A stretch of 41,227 bases of DNA from positions 1 to 41,227 of the IMG/VR virus record IMGVR_UViG_3300020042_011576. One strand, 5' to 3'. A program made the position numbers and the translations under genes. This DNA comes from a virus (lineage: Duplodnaviria > Caudoviricetes). The notes under the pieces are model-generated. The model saw only the letters and a list, made by a program, of their open reading frames with translations, did no database searches and was not told the DNA's origin. Below, in pieces: positions 1 to 10,710 of the stretch (position 1 is its first letter; every line of letters starts with the position of its first letter).

Positions 1-17
1 TTTTATTGTTTACAACT

Positions 18-48
18 TAAATATAATAACCTTTATTCACTAAACCAA
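18..48 (-). promoter_or_regulatory. Bacteroidota-type (-33/-7) promoter TTGG-N19-TATATTTA for the next gene, which lies outside the window
   Basis: Minus strand reads TTGG tttagtgaataaaggttat TATATTTA. Same 19-nt spacing as three other sites; resembles the Bacteroidota TTG...TAnnTTTG consensus. Confidence 0.65.
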
Positions 49-510
49 CTATAATTCAACGATCTTGAAAATCTTTGTATTAAGTTGCTTGATTTCATTA
101 TGTTGGGTCAACAATATACAATTTCGATAATGTTGCCAGCTTACTGGGAAGTGTGTGTCTACTACCCCACCATTTAATTTTTTAATCAATTCATTTAAGG
201 CATTGATTGTATAAAGGGTATTGGATTCCTTTTTTCTATGAACTAAGATGGTATTTTCGGGGATATCGTTTACATTTCCTTGATCTACATTATATGTAAC
301 AACATATTCGTTATTACTTTTAACATGTAGTACAAACATTTTGTCGTACATTATAATATAACGACTTGATAGTTCATTTACCAGCGCATCTAAATCAGCT
401 AATGCAGTAAAAGTACAAAACAGTCTATTATTCATTAATAAATTTTCAAATGTAACATCATAATCATATTGATTATACATATGACGGGGTTCTTCGAGAG
501 TATTGTACAT
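49..510 (-). CDS. hypothetical phage protein downstream of the PolA-like gene (start could be a later Met)
   Basis: 153-aa ORF starting 5 nt after the polymerase stop; no motif recognised. Confidence 0.75.
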   Translation of the reverse strand: MYNTLEEPRHMYNQYDYDVTFENLLMNNRLFCTFTALADLDALVNELSSRYIIMYDKMFVLHVKSNNEYVVTYNVDQGNVNDIPENTILVHRKKESNTLYTINALNELIKKLNGGVVDTHFPVSWQHYRNCILLTQHNEIKQLNTKIFKIVEL

Positions 511-515
511 AACTT

Positions 516-1766
516 TTATTTTATATTGGCATAATTAGTGCCTTTTTTGGTTTTTACTTGCAATTTATATTTGTTAAATATTCCTAATATTTTAAGCATT
601 ACATCCGGTTCGCTCTTATCGTAATCAAATAAAAACGAATCATACACATATAACACGAGTTTAGTATTTTTCCCTCGTAATATTTTAAAAATATCGTATA
701 ATATACAAACATTATTTGCTGTCTCCAAGTTTTGAAGCACATAATTTAAAAGTTTTGATGGGTTCATATTTTCCAGTTCGTTGAAGTAAAACTTATGATC
801 TGAAATTGGGCATTTAATATATCCCGCATAGTTAAATGATTCCCATAAATCGTCCGTATATGCTATTACCTTTTTAAAGAATTCAAGGTGTTGATATTCC
901 TTCCAAATACCTCCATATATTTGTTTAAAGGTTATTTCTTTTGCTTTGGCATAATCCACCCCATACATTTTAGCAAAACTCCCGTGGATGTCATCACTAT
1001 CAAAAGTGTAGTCCAATAAGTTAGCCAAAAGAGTAGGATGATAAGCACTGATATCCATTTCAATAAATGAATTGTTACGCGGTATAAAACATTCTCTTTC
1101 TCCATTGTTTTTATCTAAAGCCGAAAAATTAATTCCCCCAAATGCGTTTGAAGGTCTTGTAGTTAATGTATTTAAATTATATTGCGTGTAAATAAACTCG
1201 TTTACCTCTTTGTCGAAGTACTGCTCAAATTTGGTTTGGTCCACTTTTATACCCGCTCGTTCTAGTTGATTAAACACCAATGCCGCTTTATTGTAAAACG
1301 GGTTGAGTCTTATTTTTTCGTAGTTTGCAAAGTTTTGTTCACATACCTCATAGTGTTTTACTATCGGTACAATTGTGTTTAGATTTTGTATTTCCGGATA
1401 CTTATTGTATAACTGTGTGTGAGCTTGTGTTAATTGAGGTATATACGTATGGGGGGAGGGTGGTGGTTGGTAACAGTGCTTGATAGGGAAATAATGTAAA
1501 AATTCTTTTCTATCTCTTACATAAATATTTTCAATACTGTTTAATACCTTTTCTACTTCCTCTAATTCAAAGTTTATTGTTTCACTATGGTTTATAGGAA
1601 TAATATATCCTTTTGGATCATCTTTTGGTTTAAGATATATAGCACATACGCTATTTTCAATAGGGTGAAGATTGTGTGAGCAAGGAATTACATCAACGTA
1701 AGCCACTTGGTGACGAATACGACAAAGTGTTTCTATATGTTTAATATCTTCTATAAGCCAATACAT
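516..1766 (-). CDS. short, divergent family A DNA polymerase-like protein
   Basis: Motif A-like FIEMDISAYHP, motif B-like AKAKEITFKQIYGG, motif C-like LYVYDSFLFD, TLTTRPSN, and QLERAGIKVD (thumb start). Only 416 aa. Confidence 0.85.
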   Translation of the reverse strand: MYWLIEDIKHIETLCRIRHQVAYVDVIPCSHNLHPIENSVCAIYLKPKDDPKGYIIPINHSETINFELEEVEKVLNSIENIYVRDRKEFLHYFPIKHCYQPPPSPHTYIPQLTQAHTQLYNKYPEIQNLNTIVPIVKHYEVCEQNFANYEKIRLNPFYNKAALVFNQLERAGIKVDQTKFEQYFDKEVNEFIYTQYNLNTLTTRPSNAFGGINFSALDKNNGERECFIPRNNSFIEMDISAYHPTLLANLLDYTFDSDDIHGSFAKMYGVDYAKAKEITFKQIYGGIWKEYQHLEFFKKVIAYTDDLWESFNYAGYIKCPISDHKFYFNELENMNPSKLLNYVLQNLETANNVCILYDIFKILRGKNTKLVLYVYDSFLFDYDKSEPDVMLKILGIFNKYKLQVKTKKGTNYANIK

Positions 1767-1770
1767 GCTT

Positions 1771-1801
1771 TAAAGATACAAACTATATTTTAGGATCCCA
1801 A
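1771..1801 (-). promoter_or_regulatory. Bacteroidota-type promoter TTGG-N19-TATCTTTA, 4 nt upstream of the polymerase ATG
   Basis: Minus strand: TTGG gatcctaaaatatagtttg TATCTTTA aagc ATG. Confidence 0.65.
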
Positions 1802-2386
1802 GTAATATTTTAAGAAATCGCCTTTAAAATATTGAGAAAAACCATGCCAAATTTGTGTTTTTTCTACTAAATAAACAGATGATTGGTTTGATGCATATAC
1901 CGTATTTTTATCACCTTGGATTTGCCATAGTACAGAAGCCGGGGTATATAAATCCCATGCAATTTGTTGGTTTTTAGTTGATAATTGGGTATAGGTATCT
2001 AAACTAATTTCCATATACTTCAATTCATTATTTCGTTTGCAGAAATATCTTATATATTGACCATTTGTTTTTTCTTGTTGAGTAGGAACATTTGGATTGA
2101 ATTGGGGTAGTGATCGTGATAAAGGTGATATAGGAGTTACATACTCAAATTCAGGTTCTGTGGTAATTTCTAATGATGGGTTAAAGGAAGGTTGAGTTAA
2201 AAGAACAAGTTGGGGAGAGGGAATTATTTCAATATTAGTAGATTGATTAGGGTTTTTACCTGTAAAATATTTTCCAGTAGAAACCTTATAGTAATATCCT
2301 TTATATTCTTCTCTTGTTGTTGAAAGAATATACTCTCCACCATTAGTGTATAAATTTGGTTTTATTTGGGATTTTGGAAAATACAT
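1790..2386 (-). CDS. hypothetical protein, last gene of the baseplate cluster
   Basis: 198-aa ORF directly after the hub/lysin gene; the call is positional. Confidence 0.75.
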   Translation of the reverse strand: MYFPKSQIKPNLYTNGGEYILSTTREEYKGYYYKVSTGKYFTGKNPNQSTNIEIIPSPQLVLLTQPSFNPSLEITTEPEFEYVTPISPLSRSLPQFNPNVPTQQEKTNGQYIRYFCKRNNELKYMEISLDTYTQLSTKNQQIAWDLYTPASVLWQIQGDKNTVYASNQSSVYLVEKTQIWHGFSQYFKGDFLKYYLGS

Positions 2387-2394
2387 ATTTTATA

Positions 2395-5300
2395 TTAGTA
2401 AGTTGAATTTATTCTTTTCTTTACATCTCCTACAGTGTAATATCCTTTTCCATCCCCATCAAATGTAGGATTTTGTGTATAAAGTTTATTTTGACTAATA
2501 CCAAATATATTCTTTTTCGATCCTTTTATCCCAATTACAAAACTATCAGGTTTATTTGCTGCTGCTGGGAGGAAGGTGTACATATACACGTCACCTACTG
2601 TTTTGGCTTTACCAAATATTGGTTTATAATATTTTTCAACATATACTAATTGTTGAATTCCCGTCATAGTGCTTAAATTAGCAATAGTTGTTCCTAAACC
2701 TTTTGCAGTATCTGGCATAAATTGGATTAGTCCAGTTGCACTTGTCCATGGATTCCGTGCTGCGGGGTTAAATCCGGATTCGTGTTTCATAATTCTTAAA
2801 AGAACATCTCTATTTACTCCCATTTTATCTTCAAGTGCTTTTACAGCATCTAAAAATCCTGGTTCTTTAGTGGCTTTTCCTGAGATTTTAAGAGGTGTAC
2901 TAGATGAGAGTGAAGCTTTTATTGCAGCAACATCTTTAGAAATTGATGCTATATTATAATCAGAAATTTCAAGTTTACTAGTTTTAGGCATTACTATTGT
3001 TTCCAATGTAGTTTCCCAATCATTATTTTGTAATCTATGATTTACTCCAGTAATAATAAAATTTAAAGTTTCTCCATATCTGACAGGGAGGAAAGATGAA
3101 TCTACTTGGATTTTATTGTAAATTTTAACCCCAGAAAGACCATCCATTGTAATACCTAACTTAAATGGGATAAATCCTATAGTACCGGCTTGTTGGGTTT
3201 TTTGTCCTTTTTTAGCAATTACATATTTATAAAATTCTGTTACTACAGAAATATTTTTACCTACAAGATCACTATTAATATTACCTAATACTGGGGGGTT
3301 ATAATAAATATTTCCATCAAGACCATAACATGTAGTTGCGTGGTATAAAAATTCAGAACCATAATTAGTTGCTGCTTCTTTTATACTGCCTGTAGGGTCA
3401 GATTCGACTTGTTGTGGGGGTGGAACTAATTCGTTTTTAAATCTGTCAACTATACCTCTATTCCACACCGAGAATGCTGTAGCTTCTGTTCCTTTAACGT
3501 ATCCATTAGCGGTTGCTCCTACAGTAACCATAGTAGCATATTCTGGGGTGATTGTTGTTTTAAGATCTATATTGCGAATAAAATTAGATTCAAATTTGGT
3601 GAATTCTGATGATTTAGGATCGCGTTGAGTTCCTTTATATCCATATAACATTAATGTGTAATCATCATTACCTGTAAGATCAGGAGCACTTACACCTGGT
3701 ATTGGGGTGGAATCAATGATTTTAAGTACATTTGTGTCTTTTTCAATGATAGGTTCAAGATTATTTACTCCACCTAAAGCTTGATTAAGACCAGTACATA
3801 TGGATGAAATAAATCCATATAAGTTAGTATCTCCTCTATCGTTTTGATTGTTTTTTAAACTTTCGAGAATAAAATTAAAATTTAAATATATATTCAAAGG
3901 GAAAGCTAAATTTTGATTTTGAGCAAAATCATTGGTTGCTTTAGTATCTACTATTCTAAAATATTGTAATCCTTCAAATGCCTTTTCTGGTTTATCTTCT
4001 CCATTAAATCTTACAAAATGATCATTTCTAACTATACATTTTGTTGGATCTAAAGATATTTGATTTGGGAGTGAATACATATAATTACCCCAAGGTTCAT
4101 AATCTATAGTAAATAATGGGGCATTATCAGGTGAAGCAGCAATTTCAGGGATAACATTTTCTTGAAGAAATTCTAAAAGATAAGTAAATCTTAAATAAAA
4201 TTGTTTTTCTGTAGTATCTAATTGGAAAGCTGTCCATCCGGGTGCAGCCGCTATAGGATTATCAATTGAAGTTCCACCAGTAAGGGATTTTCTTATATAA
4301 TAAATTCTATATGTGGCATAAACTGGTACTTCAATTGTATCAGGCATACCATATTCGGCATTTACCATAGAACCATTAGGGTCTGATACGGTTTTAGTTC
4401 CGATTGGGAATTTATAAGTAAGTATTCTCTTTTTACCATTTCCACTGAGAACATATCCTTTTGTAGGATCTGTTCCTGGGGATTGGTTAACTGTAGCATA
4501 TTTTCCATTTCCAACAGAATGAAATCTGTCAATTAAATGTTGTTGAGCATTATCATCTGGTTCTATGGTTGTATAGGTTTGAGAGGGTAATTCTTCAAAA
4601 GATGTAGTTCCACTAGTTTTTTCATAAAATTTATATACACCTGTTTGATTAGTAAGAGAAACAGCTCCCCTATTTAAAAAATGACCAACAGTCCTTTTAC
4701 CACTTACCGCATCTAATCCTGAGAGAAAAATATTTACTTCTTTTGCACTTGTCCCAAATCGAGTAAATAACCAAAGCATTGCGCTAATGTTGTTTAAATC
4801 TTTACTAGTTTCAATTACTGGGTTGGCTATGGATCCTGATACTAATGTATTGGATGAGATAAATTCACTAACTTTACTGTTGATAGAAATATTAGATTTT
4901 AAAGATTCAATTACATCACCTAAACTAATTAAAGTTAAATCAATATCATATGAACCATCATTATTGAATGTCCAACTAAAATTAGATATTACTGCTAACA
5001 TCCCATCATAGTTTCCATCATATTTTTCTTTATATGAATTGATTAGTGGATCATCAGTTCCACCTATAAAATCTAAATAGGATCTGTTTCCTTCAAATTC
5101 AAAAAATTTATCTTCAATAATAGTATTGCGAACAATTTGTTTATCTCCTCCACCAGAAGTGTAAAAAGTATTCCCCCATTCAAGTAAAACTGTATATCCT
5201 AAACGCATATATAGCATGTCTAGAATATCAAGTTGTTGTCTGTTTTGGGCTTTAATTTTAACAAATGCTTTTTCTAATGAACCACGGTTTAAAGCTTTAA

Positions 5301-5787
5301 CCTCCATACTGATAATACCAGGCATTGGGTTGTATCCTGAGTCGGATCCGTGGGTTTCACTGCCTGCGTTTCTGTATCTACTGTAGATATAGGAACTATC
5401 TTCAGTATCTTTAACTATAGCACCTACGGTTTTACCATTTGAGATAACATCTTGAAAATTTGATGGTTTAAAACCTTGTCTTTGAGTTAATGCTCCATCT
5501 TCATATTCTGAAATTCCATTATAAAGGACATATTTTTTAGCTAGTCCCATTCCTTTAAGGTTAGCTCTTTCAGTAGTTGTAAATCCTAAATCTCTTAGTC
5601 TATCCTCATCATCTATATAAACCCCAGAAGCTAATTTAATCCATGAAGTATTAGAATTAAGAATACTAAGCTGATCAGGAGTTCTTGTATTATTTTCGAA
5701 TCTAACTCCACTTCCATGAAGTTTTTGTCTAGCTTTAATTTGATCAACTACATAACCTTCTAAAGGTTGTCCTATTACATTTCCCAT
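2395..5787 (-). CDS. baseplate hub-like protein with C-terminal lytic transglycosylase (SLT/lysozyme-like) domain
   Basis: 1130 aa. Hub-like segment FIITGVNHRLQNNDWETTLET; C-terminal IMKHESGFNPAARNP..SATGLIQFMP SLT catalytic motifs; follows the LysM-like gene. Confidence 0.75.
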   Translation of the reverse strand: MGNVIGQPLEGYVVDQIKARQKLHGSGVRFENNTRTPDQLSILNSNTSWIKLASGVYIDDEDRLRDLGFTTTERANLKGMGLAKKYVLYNGISEYEDGALTQRQGFKPSNFQDVISNGKTVGAIVKDTEDSSYIYSRYRNAGSETHGSDSGYNPMPGIISMEVKALNRGSLEKAFVKIKAQNRQQLDILDMLYMRLGYTVLLEWGNTFYTSGGGDKQIVRNTIIEDKFFEFEGNRSYLDFIGGTDDPLINSYKEKYDGNYDGMLAVISNFSWTFNNDGSYDIDLTLISLGDVIESLKSNISINSKVSEFISSNTLVSGSIANPVIETSKDLNNISAMLWLFTRFGTSAKEVNIFLSGLDAVSGKRTVGHFLNRGAVSLTNQTGVYKFYEKTSGTTSFEELPSQTYTTIEPDDNAQQHLIDRFHSVGNGKYATVNQSPGTDPTKGYVLSGNGKKRILTYKFPIGTKTVSDPNGSMVNAEYGMPDTIEVPVYATYRIYYIRKSLTGGTSIDNPIAAAPGWTAFQLDTTEKQFYLRFTYLLEFLQENVIPEIAASPDNAPLFTIDYEPWGNYMYSLPNQISLDPTKCIVRNDHFVRFNGEDKPEKAFEGLQYFRIVDTKATNDFAQNQNLAFPLNIYLNFNFILESLKNNQNDRGDTNLYGFISSICTGLNQALGGVNNLEPIIEKDTNVLKIIDSTPIPGVSAPDLTGNDDYTLMLYGYKGTQRDPKSSEFTKFESNFIRNIDLKTTITPEYATMVTVGATANGYVKGTEATAFSVWNRGIVDRFKNELVPPPQQVESDPTGSIKEAATNYGSEFLYHATTCYGLDGNIYYNPPVLGNINSDLVGKNISVVTEFYKYVIAKKGQKTQQAGTIGFIPFKLGITMDGLSGVKIYNKIQVDSSFLPVRYGETLNFIITGVNHRLQNNDWETTLETIVMPKTSKLEISDYNIASISKDVAAIKASLSSSTPLKISGKATKEPGFLDAVKALEDKMGVNRDVLLRIMKHESGFNPAARNPWTSATGLIQFMPDTAKGLGTTIANLSTMTGIQQLVYVEKYYKPIFGKAKTVGDVYMYTFLPAAANKPDSFVIGIKGSKKNIFGISQNKLYTQNPTFDGDGKGYYTVGDVKKRINSTY

Positions 5788-5789
5788 AA

Positions 5790-6104
5790 CTATATTGTAC
5801 CATTTATTGCACTATATTGTGATAATATCGTTGCTACTCTTTGAGGTGAAGGTATTCTAATTTGTGCTCCTATGGATGGATAAATAGAGTCTGAACTTTG
5901 TCCAGGATTTGCTTTATTAATAATCCACCATAAGGAAGAATCACCATAATAGTTTAAAGCCAAAATGTCAAATCTATCACCCTTAGTAGTATACACATAA
6001 ATATCCGATGGTCCAAGGGGAATTGTTGGATATTTTACAACAATATATCTTCTATTAGAATCTGTTGCAGTTGTAATTACAGGTATATTATTATATCTTG
6101 CCAT
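5790..6104 (-). CDS. LysM/tail-X-like baseplate wedge protein (gp53-like)
   Basis: YTTKGDRFDILALNYYGDSSLWWIINKAN...GAQIRIP is the LysM-like signature of myovirus baseplate proteins. Confidence 0.8.
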   Translation of the reverse strand: MARYNNIPVITTATDSNRRYIVVKYPTIPLGPSDIYVYTTKGDRFDILALNYYGDSSLWWIINKANPGQSSDSIYPSIGAQIRIPSPQRVATILSQYSAINGTI

Positions 6105-7999
6105 TATTGTTGAACTAGATTACCGGTGTTTTGGTTAGCTTGAATTGGTGTATTAGTTGGGGATGGGATTGAATTAAATTTACCTTGCTCATCATAATTA
6201 GATGTTGAAGGTCTATTTTGATCAATATATTTTTGCATTCCTGGGGTTTTTAATCTAACGCTATTATTCCCTGTTATTTTTCCTTTTGAATTTTTATCAG
6301 AATCATCTTCAAATGATTGTTTTTCTGGTCTGAATTTATGGATTGGAGTAAATTGTAATGAAACACGGATAATGTGAGGTAATTGTCTAACATCTTTTGG
6401 ATCTGCTTTTTCACCTTTTTCATCTATAGCGATTTCCCATGGTGATTCCTCAGGTATAGTATATTCTAGTGATGTAATTATACCGGGTTGGTCATCTATG
6501 TATTCTCCTAATGTTATATATGCAATATTTCCAGCCATATATCCTGCTGATATACTATCAAGATACTCAGGGGAGAGTGATGAGGCAAGGAAGTTTAACT
6601 TATCATACATTGCTGTGATCTCTTGTTTTGATTGAGCAGCAACAGTAAAGGCTAATGACATTTTTCTATCAAATCCTTTATATTTATAAAATTTTTCAGC
6701 ACGACCCATATAATTAATAGCATTCCAATCAGCATTATATGAATCAGAAATATTATCTATAAATGCTCTAAAATGCATATATTTTTTATAGGGACCTCCT
6801 TTTTGAAGTTCATTATTTAAAATAGCAATATTAAATTGAATAAGATCGTTATAATTTGGGTCTTTTCCATATCTTGATCCATCTACACTATCACTTTTAT
6901 AAATGTACGAAGCATTTACTTTATCTAGTGCCGTTGAATTACCATTATATACACTCCCAACAGAATAATTTGATCTATCTCTTAATCGACTTCCTGGGTT
7001 GTTTAGACCTAATTTATCTTCAATATTTTTAGTTACATAATCAGGAGATTTACTTAAGAAAGAATTCTGGTATACTTTTTCAGGAGTTAATACTTTTCTA
7101 AAATCTTCTTTAATAAGACTATCTAAATTAGTTTTTTGACTATTAATAGTTTTAGCATCCCATGTTTTAAAACGAGAAGTAAATGTAATATCTTTATTTC
7201 CGTCTGTATTAGAAGAAGGATTTAATAAGGATTTTAAAACAGTACCTGCATTATTTGTAGCAAACTTAATACTAGTACTCCCTACTCCCGCTACTGAATC
7301 CGGGCCTCCTGAGTATTGAATTAGGGTAGATTGGTTTGGGACAAGGGAATATTTATTAACTCCATTAAAATTATTTCCGGGAGAAAATGCATTATTAGTA
7401 ATATAAGTAAAAAGCCCAGTTAATCTATTGTCAGAAAAATCAAAATTTAAACCACGATTTAATTGATTTTCAGTAATAACATCCTGGTATTTTTTTAAAG
7501 ATGTTTCTAATAATAATCCACCTTGTTTATTTACATGTTTACCTAAAAATCCACCACCAGCTGAGGCTAATGTAGATAGAGGATTATAATATCCTTCGTT
7601 TAAAGCACTCCCTAAATATGCAAATCCTTTAGTTGCTTCTGTTTTTACTCCTGATTTAGATAGTATATTTTGTTTAGCAACAAAAAGAGCTCCTTTAGGA
7701 TTATTTAAATCTGTAAAATATTTTGTTAATCTAACAACATCTTCAGCAGCTGAAAATGGGGATAAAATTCCACCTCTTATTAAAAAATCATTATAAAAAG
7801 GGGCACTTTTAGTGTCATCATCTGCAAAAGTTGGAGATTTGATGATATATGGTTCTTTACTTGAACCACCTTTGAACCTATCCTTCCCAAAAGGAATTTT
7901 CCTAGGGTTAATTATATTAGGGCTTTCACTTCCTGGTTTTTGGTTTTGCCAATAAAATTGAAAGTTTCCCGGATCAGTTAAAAGTTTAAATAACCCCAT
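6104..7999 (-). CDS. putative baseplate / tube-initiator-like structural protein
   Basis: 631 aa between tape measure and the LysM gene. C-terminal FRAFIDNISDSYNADW..YMGRAE.FYKYKGFDRKMSLAF is typical of tube-initiator folds. Confidence 0.6.
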   Translation of the reverse strand: MGLFKLLTDPGNFQFYWQNQKPGSESPNIINPRKIPFGKDRFKGGSSKEPYIIKSPTFADDDTKSAPFYNDFLIRGGILSPFSAAEDVVRLTKYFTDLNNPKGALFVAKQNILSKSGVKTEATKGFAYLGSALNEGYYNPLSTLASAGGGFLGKHVNKQGGLLLETSLKKYQDVITENQLNRGLNFDFSDNRLTGLFTYITNNAFSPGNNFNGVNKYSLVPNQSTLIQYSGGPDSVAGVGSTSIKFATNNAGTVLKSLLNPSSNTDGNKDITFTSRFKTWDAKTINSQKTNLDSLIKEDFRKVLTPEKVYQNSFLSKSPDYVTKNIEDKLGLNNPGSRLRDRSNYSVGSVYNGNSTALDKVNASYIYKSDSVDGSRYGKDPNYNDLIQFNIAILNNELQKGGPYKKYMHFRAFIDNISDSYNADWNAINYMGRAEKFYKYKGFDRKMSLAFTVAAQSKQEITAMYDKLNFLASSLSPEYLDSISAGYMAGNIAYITLGEYIDDQPGIITSLEYTIPEESPWEIAIDEKGEKADPKDVRQLPHIIRVSLQFTPIHKFRPEKQSFEDDSDKNSKGKITGNNSVRLKTPGMQKYIDQNRPSTSNYDEQGKFNSIPSPTNTPIQANQNTGNLVQQ

Positions 8000-8008
8000 T
8001 TAATTGGT

Positions 8009-8308
8009 TTATTGAGGTAAATTAGCTAAATAAGGTAATGCTTGACCTCCTCCAGGTGTAAATGGTGGAATAGCTCCGTTAGTATCAAGTAATGAAGGTT
8101 GTGGAATTTGATTTCCTACACCATCTAAGTAAGCATTGTATTGGTTAGTTACCAATACTGCTTGTGTTCCATCCAATGAGTAACCAGGTGCATTTCCATC
8201 AGCATGTAATTTTGATTGCTGTGTTGCAAGTGGGTTAACAGGTGGAGTTGTTCCGTTATAAGCTGTCAAAGTAGAACCTTGAGTTGTTAGCATGTCATAT
8301 AGTCCCAT
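8009..8308 (-). CDS. small hypothetical virion-associated protein
   Basis: 99-aa ORF with its own upstream late-type motif at 8323-8332. Confidence 0.75.
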   Translation of the reverse strand: MGLYDMLTTQGSTLTAYNGTTPPVNPLATQQSKLHADGNAPGYSLDGTQAVLVTNQYNAYLDGVGNQIPQPSLLDTNGAIPPFTPGGGQALPYLANLPQ

Positions 8309-8322
8309 AATGTTTTATTTTA

Positions 8323-8332
8323 TTATAAATAT
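8323..8332 (-). promoter_or_regulatory. putative late promoter motif ATATTTATAA
   Basis: Recurring intergenic motif found upstream of structural genes. Confidence 0.6.
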
Positions 8333-8336
8333 TGTG

Positions 8337-10673
8337 TTATTGAGTATTTCTATTACTTATTTGTCTTTCACGGCCTAGATCATTGGAATTTGTTCTTTCA
8401 CCTTCTGCCATGAATGTAAATAATGTTTTTTTATCGATTTGTCCATAAACAGTTACTTGTACAGGACCACCATTCCCACCACCATTGTTAATCATATTAA
8501 ATAATTTGGATTGTTGGCTTCTATTTAAAACCATTTCACCGGAGTTGGCATTAATTTTAACATTATCACCAGCTAATGAATTACCTCCAACTATACCACC
8601 AGTAGCATAATTTGTTTTAGGGGGAGTTGCTACTTGTTCTTTAGCGTTATTAATAGAGGCTGCTATAGCTGCTATTGATCCTATTATAGCAAATGCTGCT
8701 ATTCCAAGAGTTAATGCAGATGCGGTAGCGGCCGAGGCTATGGAAAGAGTACCGGCTGAAACTGCAGCTACTGCTAATTGTCTTATAAGGGATGCAAGAC
8801 TTATAGTAGCAAAAATAGTTCCAATTTCATAAAGAATACCTTTTAAAGCATCAGCATTGGATAATATATTTACTAACCCCGTTGCAAATTTTAAAGCAGG
8901 ACCATCTACTATATCAGCTAATAATAATTTTAATTTTTCAACAGCTCCATTAAATTGGGTTTGAATGTCTACTCTTTTAAGAGCTTTTTCAGCATCTGTT
9001 CCATTAGCTATTTCTCGTTGAAGTTGTTGAGCTTCTTCAAATCTACCTTCTTCTTCTAATTGCTTTATTCGTTCAGAAACCTGTCGTGCACCTATACTTC
9101 CTAGTTTATTTAATCTTTCTTGATATAATAATGAATCAGAAAGTTCATCCGCACTCATACCTAAAGCTTTTGCTAATTGTTCTTGTTGAAGAACATTCAT
9201 TGAAGCAAACCCTGCGGATCCACCCATATTTTCAGCAATCAAAGCTGTGGCTTCTGCTGATTTACCATTTAAGGCAAGTAAACGTGCTTGTTCTAGGTTA
9301 AGATCTCTACCAATTAATAATTCAGCTGATAATTCGTCTTCAATGGATTGTTCAAAATTAAGTAATTGTTCAGCTATTTTTTTAGTTTGTTCTAGTGAAA
9401 ATCCTAATTTATTTGATTGAATTACGGCTGCTGCTAATTGATTAACATTATTTCCATATTGTAAACGCAATTGGCCTGAGATTTTAGATACATCTTGTAA
9501 GATTTTTTTATTATCTAATTGTATTCCGGTTTGTTTTTTATAGGCTAATGTTTGTTTAAGTACTTCTTTAGTAATACCATCCGCAGACATTTCATTATCA
9601 AATGCTAACTGTTGTAAACGTCCCGCTTCTTCAGCAGATAACCCAATTTGTTGGGTTAACATTATTTGGTTTTCTAATTGTTCTTTAGTAGGAAGAGCAG
9701 ATGCTCCTAAAGCATCACCTAATTGAGTAGCAGCTTCAGTTAATGAAGTCGTATTAATTAATATTCTTTTTTGATAATCAAGAGTTATAGCGGATGAATT
9801 TTGTATTTCGCTAAAAGATTCTCTAAGATTATGAGCTGAGGATTCAGAAAGTGCAAAAGATTTTGCTAATTGGGTTTCTTGTTTATCTACTTTGAATCCT
9901 AATTCTAGCAAAAATTGAAAAGCTTTTACTATTAAACCTATAGAAACTAAAGGATCTGCTAAAGATGATACTAAACTTTTACCTACACTAGCTAAACCAG
10001 CACCCATTGCTTGGAATGCGTTTCCTCCGGCTTTAGCTTTTTCTTTAGCCGCATCTAGTGCTTCATTTGTTTTAAGTAATGGTCCTACTATTGGGATTTT
10101 ACTCATCCCTGCTAAAAGTACACCAGTTACACCTAATTTTTTGTTTAATTTATCTTCTTCTTTAATTCTATCTTCAAGAAGTTTATTTGTTCGTTCAAAT
10201 AATGAAAATTCATCCTCATATCCTTGTAAAATTGCTCTTTCTTTATCATTTTGAGCTCCTCTACTTTGGATTGCTTCAGCTGCTAATCTAGCTTGATCAG
10301 CAAGAACTTTAAGTTTGGATTTTTCTTGTTTTAGTTGTTCTTTGTTTAATTCAGTATAGCCTTTTTGATCATTTTTTAATTTAGAGGCTATAGATTCTAA
10401 TCCCCTGAATGCTTTGGTAGCATCTCTAACGTGTTTGCCTTCGTTTTCTAATTCTTCGTTGATTCCCTTGATTTCTCTAAGTAAACCCGCAAAACCTTGT
10501 AATTGGTCTTCAACTCTAACGTTAATATCTCCAAGAAGGTTTTTGTATGTATCAAGAGCTGAGTTGTTATCATTAAGAGCTTTTAATTGTTCTCTATATG
10601 ACTTGGCTGAATCTTTATCCAGCTTAGCAATCTTTTCTTTGATTTTTAATATTACGTCGTCCTTCTCAGCCAT
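8337..10673 (-). CDS. tail tape measure protein
   Basis: 778-aa helical Ala/Leu/Gln-rich protein with hydrophobic stretches, C-terminal YATGGIV..DNV....SGEMVLN motif, located after the chaperone-like pair. Confidence 0.8.
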   Translation of the reverse strand: MAEKDDVILKIKEKIAKLDKDSAKSYREQLKALNDNNSALDTYKNLLGDINVRVEDQLQGFAGLLREIKGINEELENEGKHVRDATKAFRGLESIASKLKNDQKGYTELNKEQLKQEKSKLKVLADQARLAAEAIQSRGAQNDKERAILQGYEDEFSLFERTNKLLEDRIKEEDKLNKKLGVTGVLLAGMSKIPIVGPLLKTNEALDAAKEKAKAGGNAFQAMGAGLASVGKSLVSSLADPLVSIGLIVKAFQFLLELGFKVDKQETQLAKSFALSESSAHNLRESFSEIQNSSAITLDYQKRILINTTSLTEAATQLGDALGASALPTKEQLENQIMLTQQIGLSAEEAGRLQQLAFDNEMSADGITKEVLKQTLAYKKQTGIQLDNKKILQDVSKISGQLRLQYGNNVNQLAAAVIQSNKLGFSLEQTKKIAEQLLNFEQSIEDELSAELLIGRDLNLEQARLLALNGKSAEATALIAENMGGSAGFASMNVLQQEQLAKALGMSADELSDSLLYQERLNKLGSIGARQVSERIKQLEEEGRFEEAQQLQREIANGTDAEKALKRVDIQTQFNGAVEKLKLLLADIVDGPALKFATGLVNILSNADALKGILYEIGTIFATISLASLIRQLAVAAVSAGTLSIASAATASALTLGIAAFAIIGSIAAIAASINNAKEQVATPPKTNYATGGIVGGNSLAGDNVKINANSGEMVLNRSQQSKLFNMINNGGGNGGPVQVTVYGQIDKKTLFTFMAEGERTNSNDLGRERQISNRNTQ

Positions 10674-10685
10674 TGAGGTATTTTA

Positions 10686-10695
10686 TTATAAATAT
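10686..10695 (-). promoter_or_regulatory. putative late promoter motif ATATTTATAA
   Basis: 12 nt upstream of the tape measure ATG. Confidence 0.6.
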
Positions 10696-10710
10696 TAAAG
10701 GATAATATTT

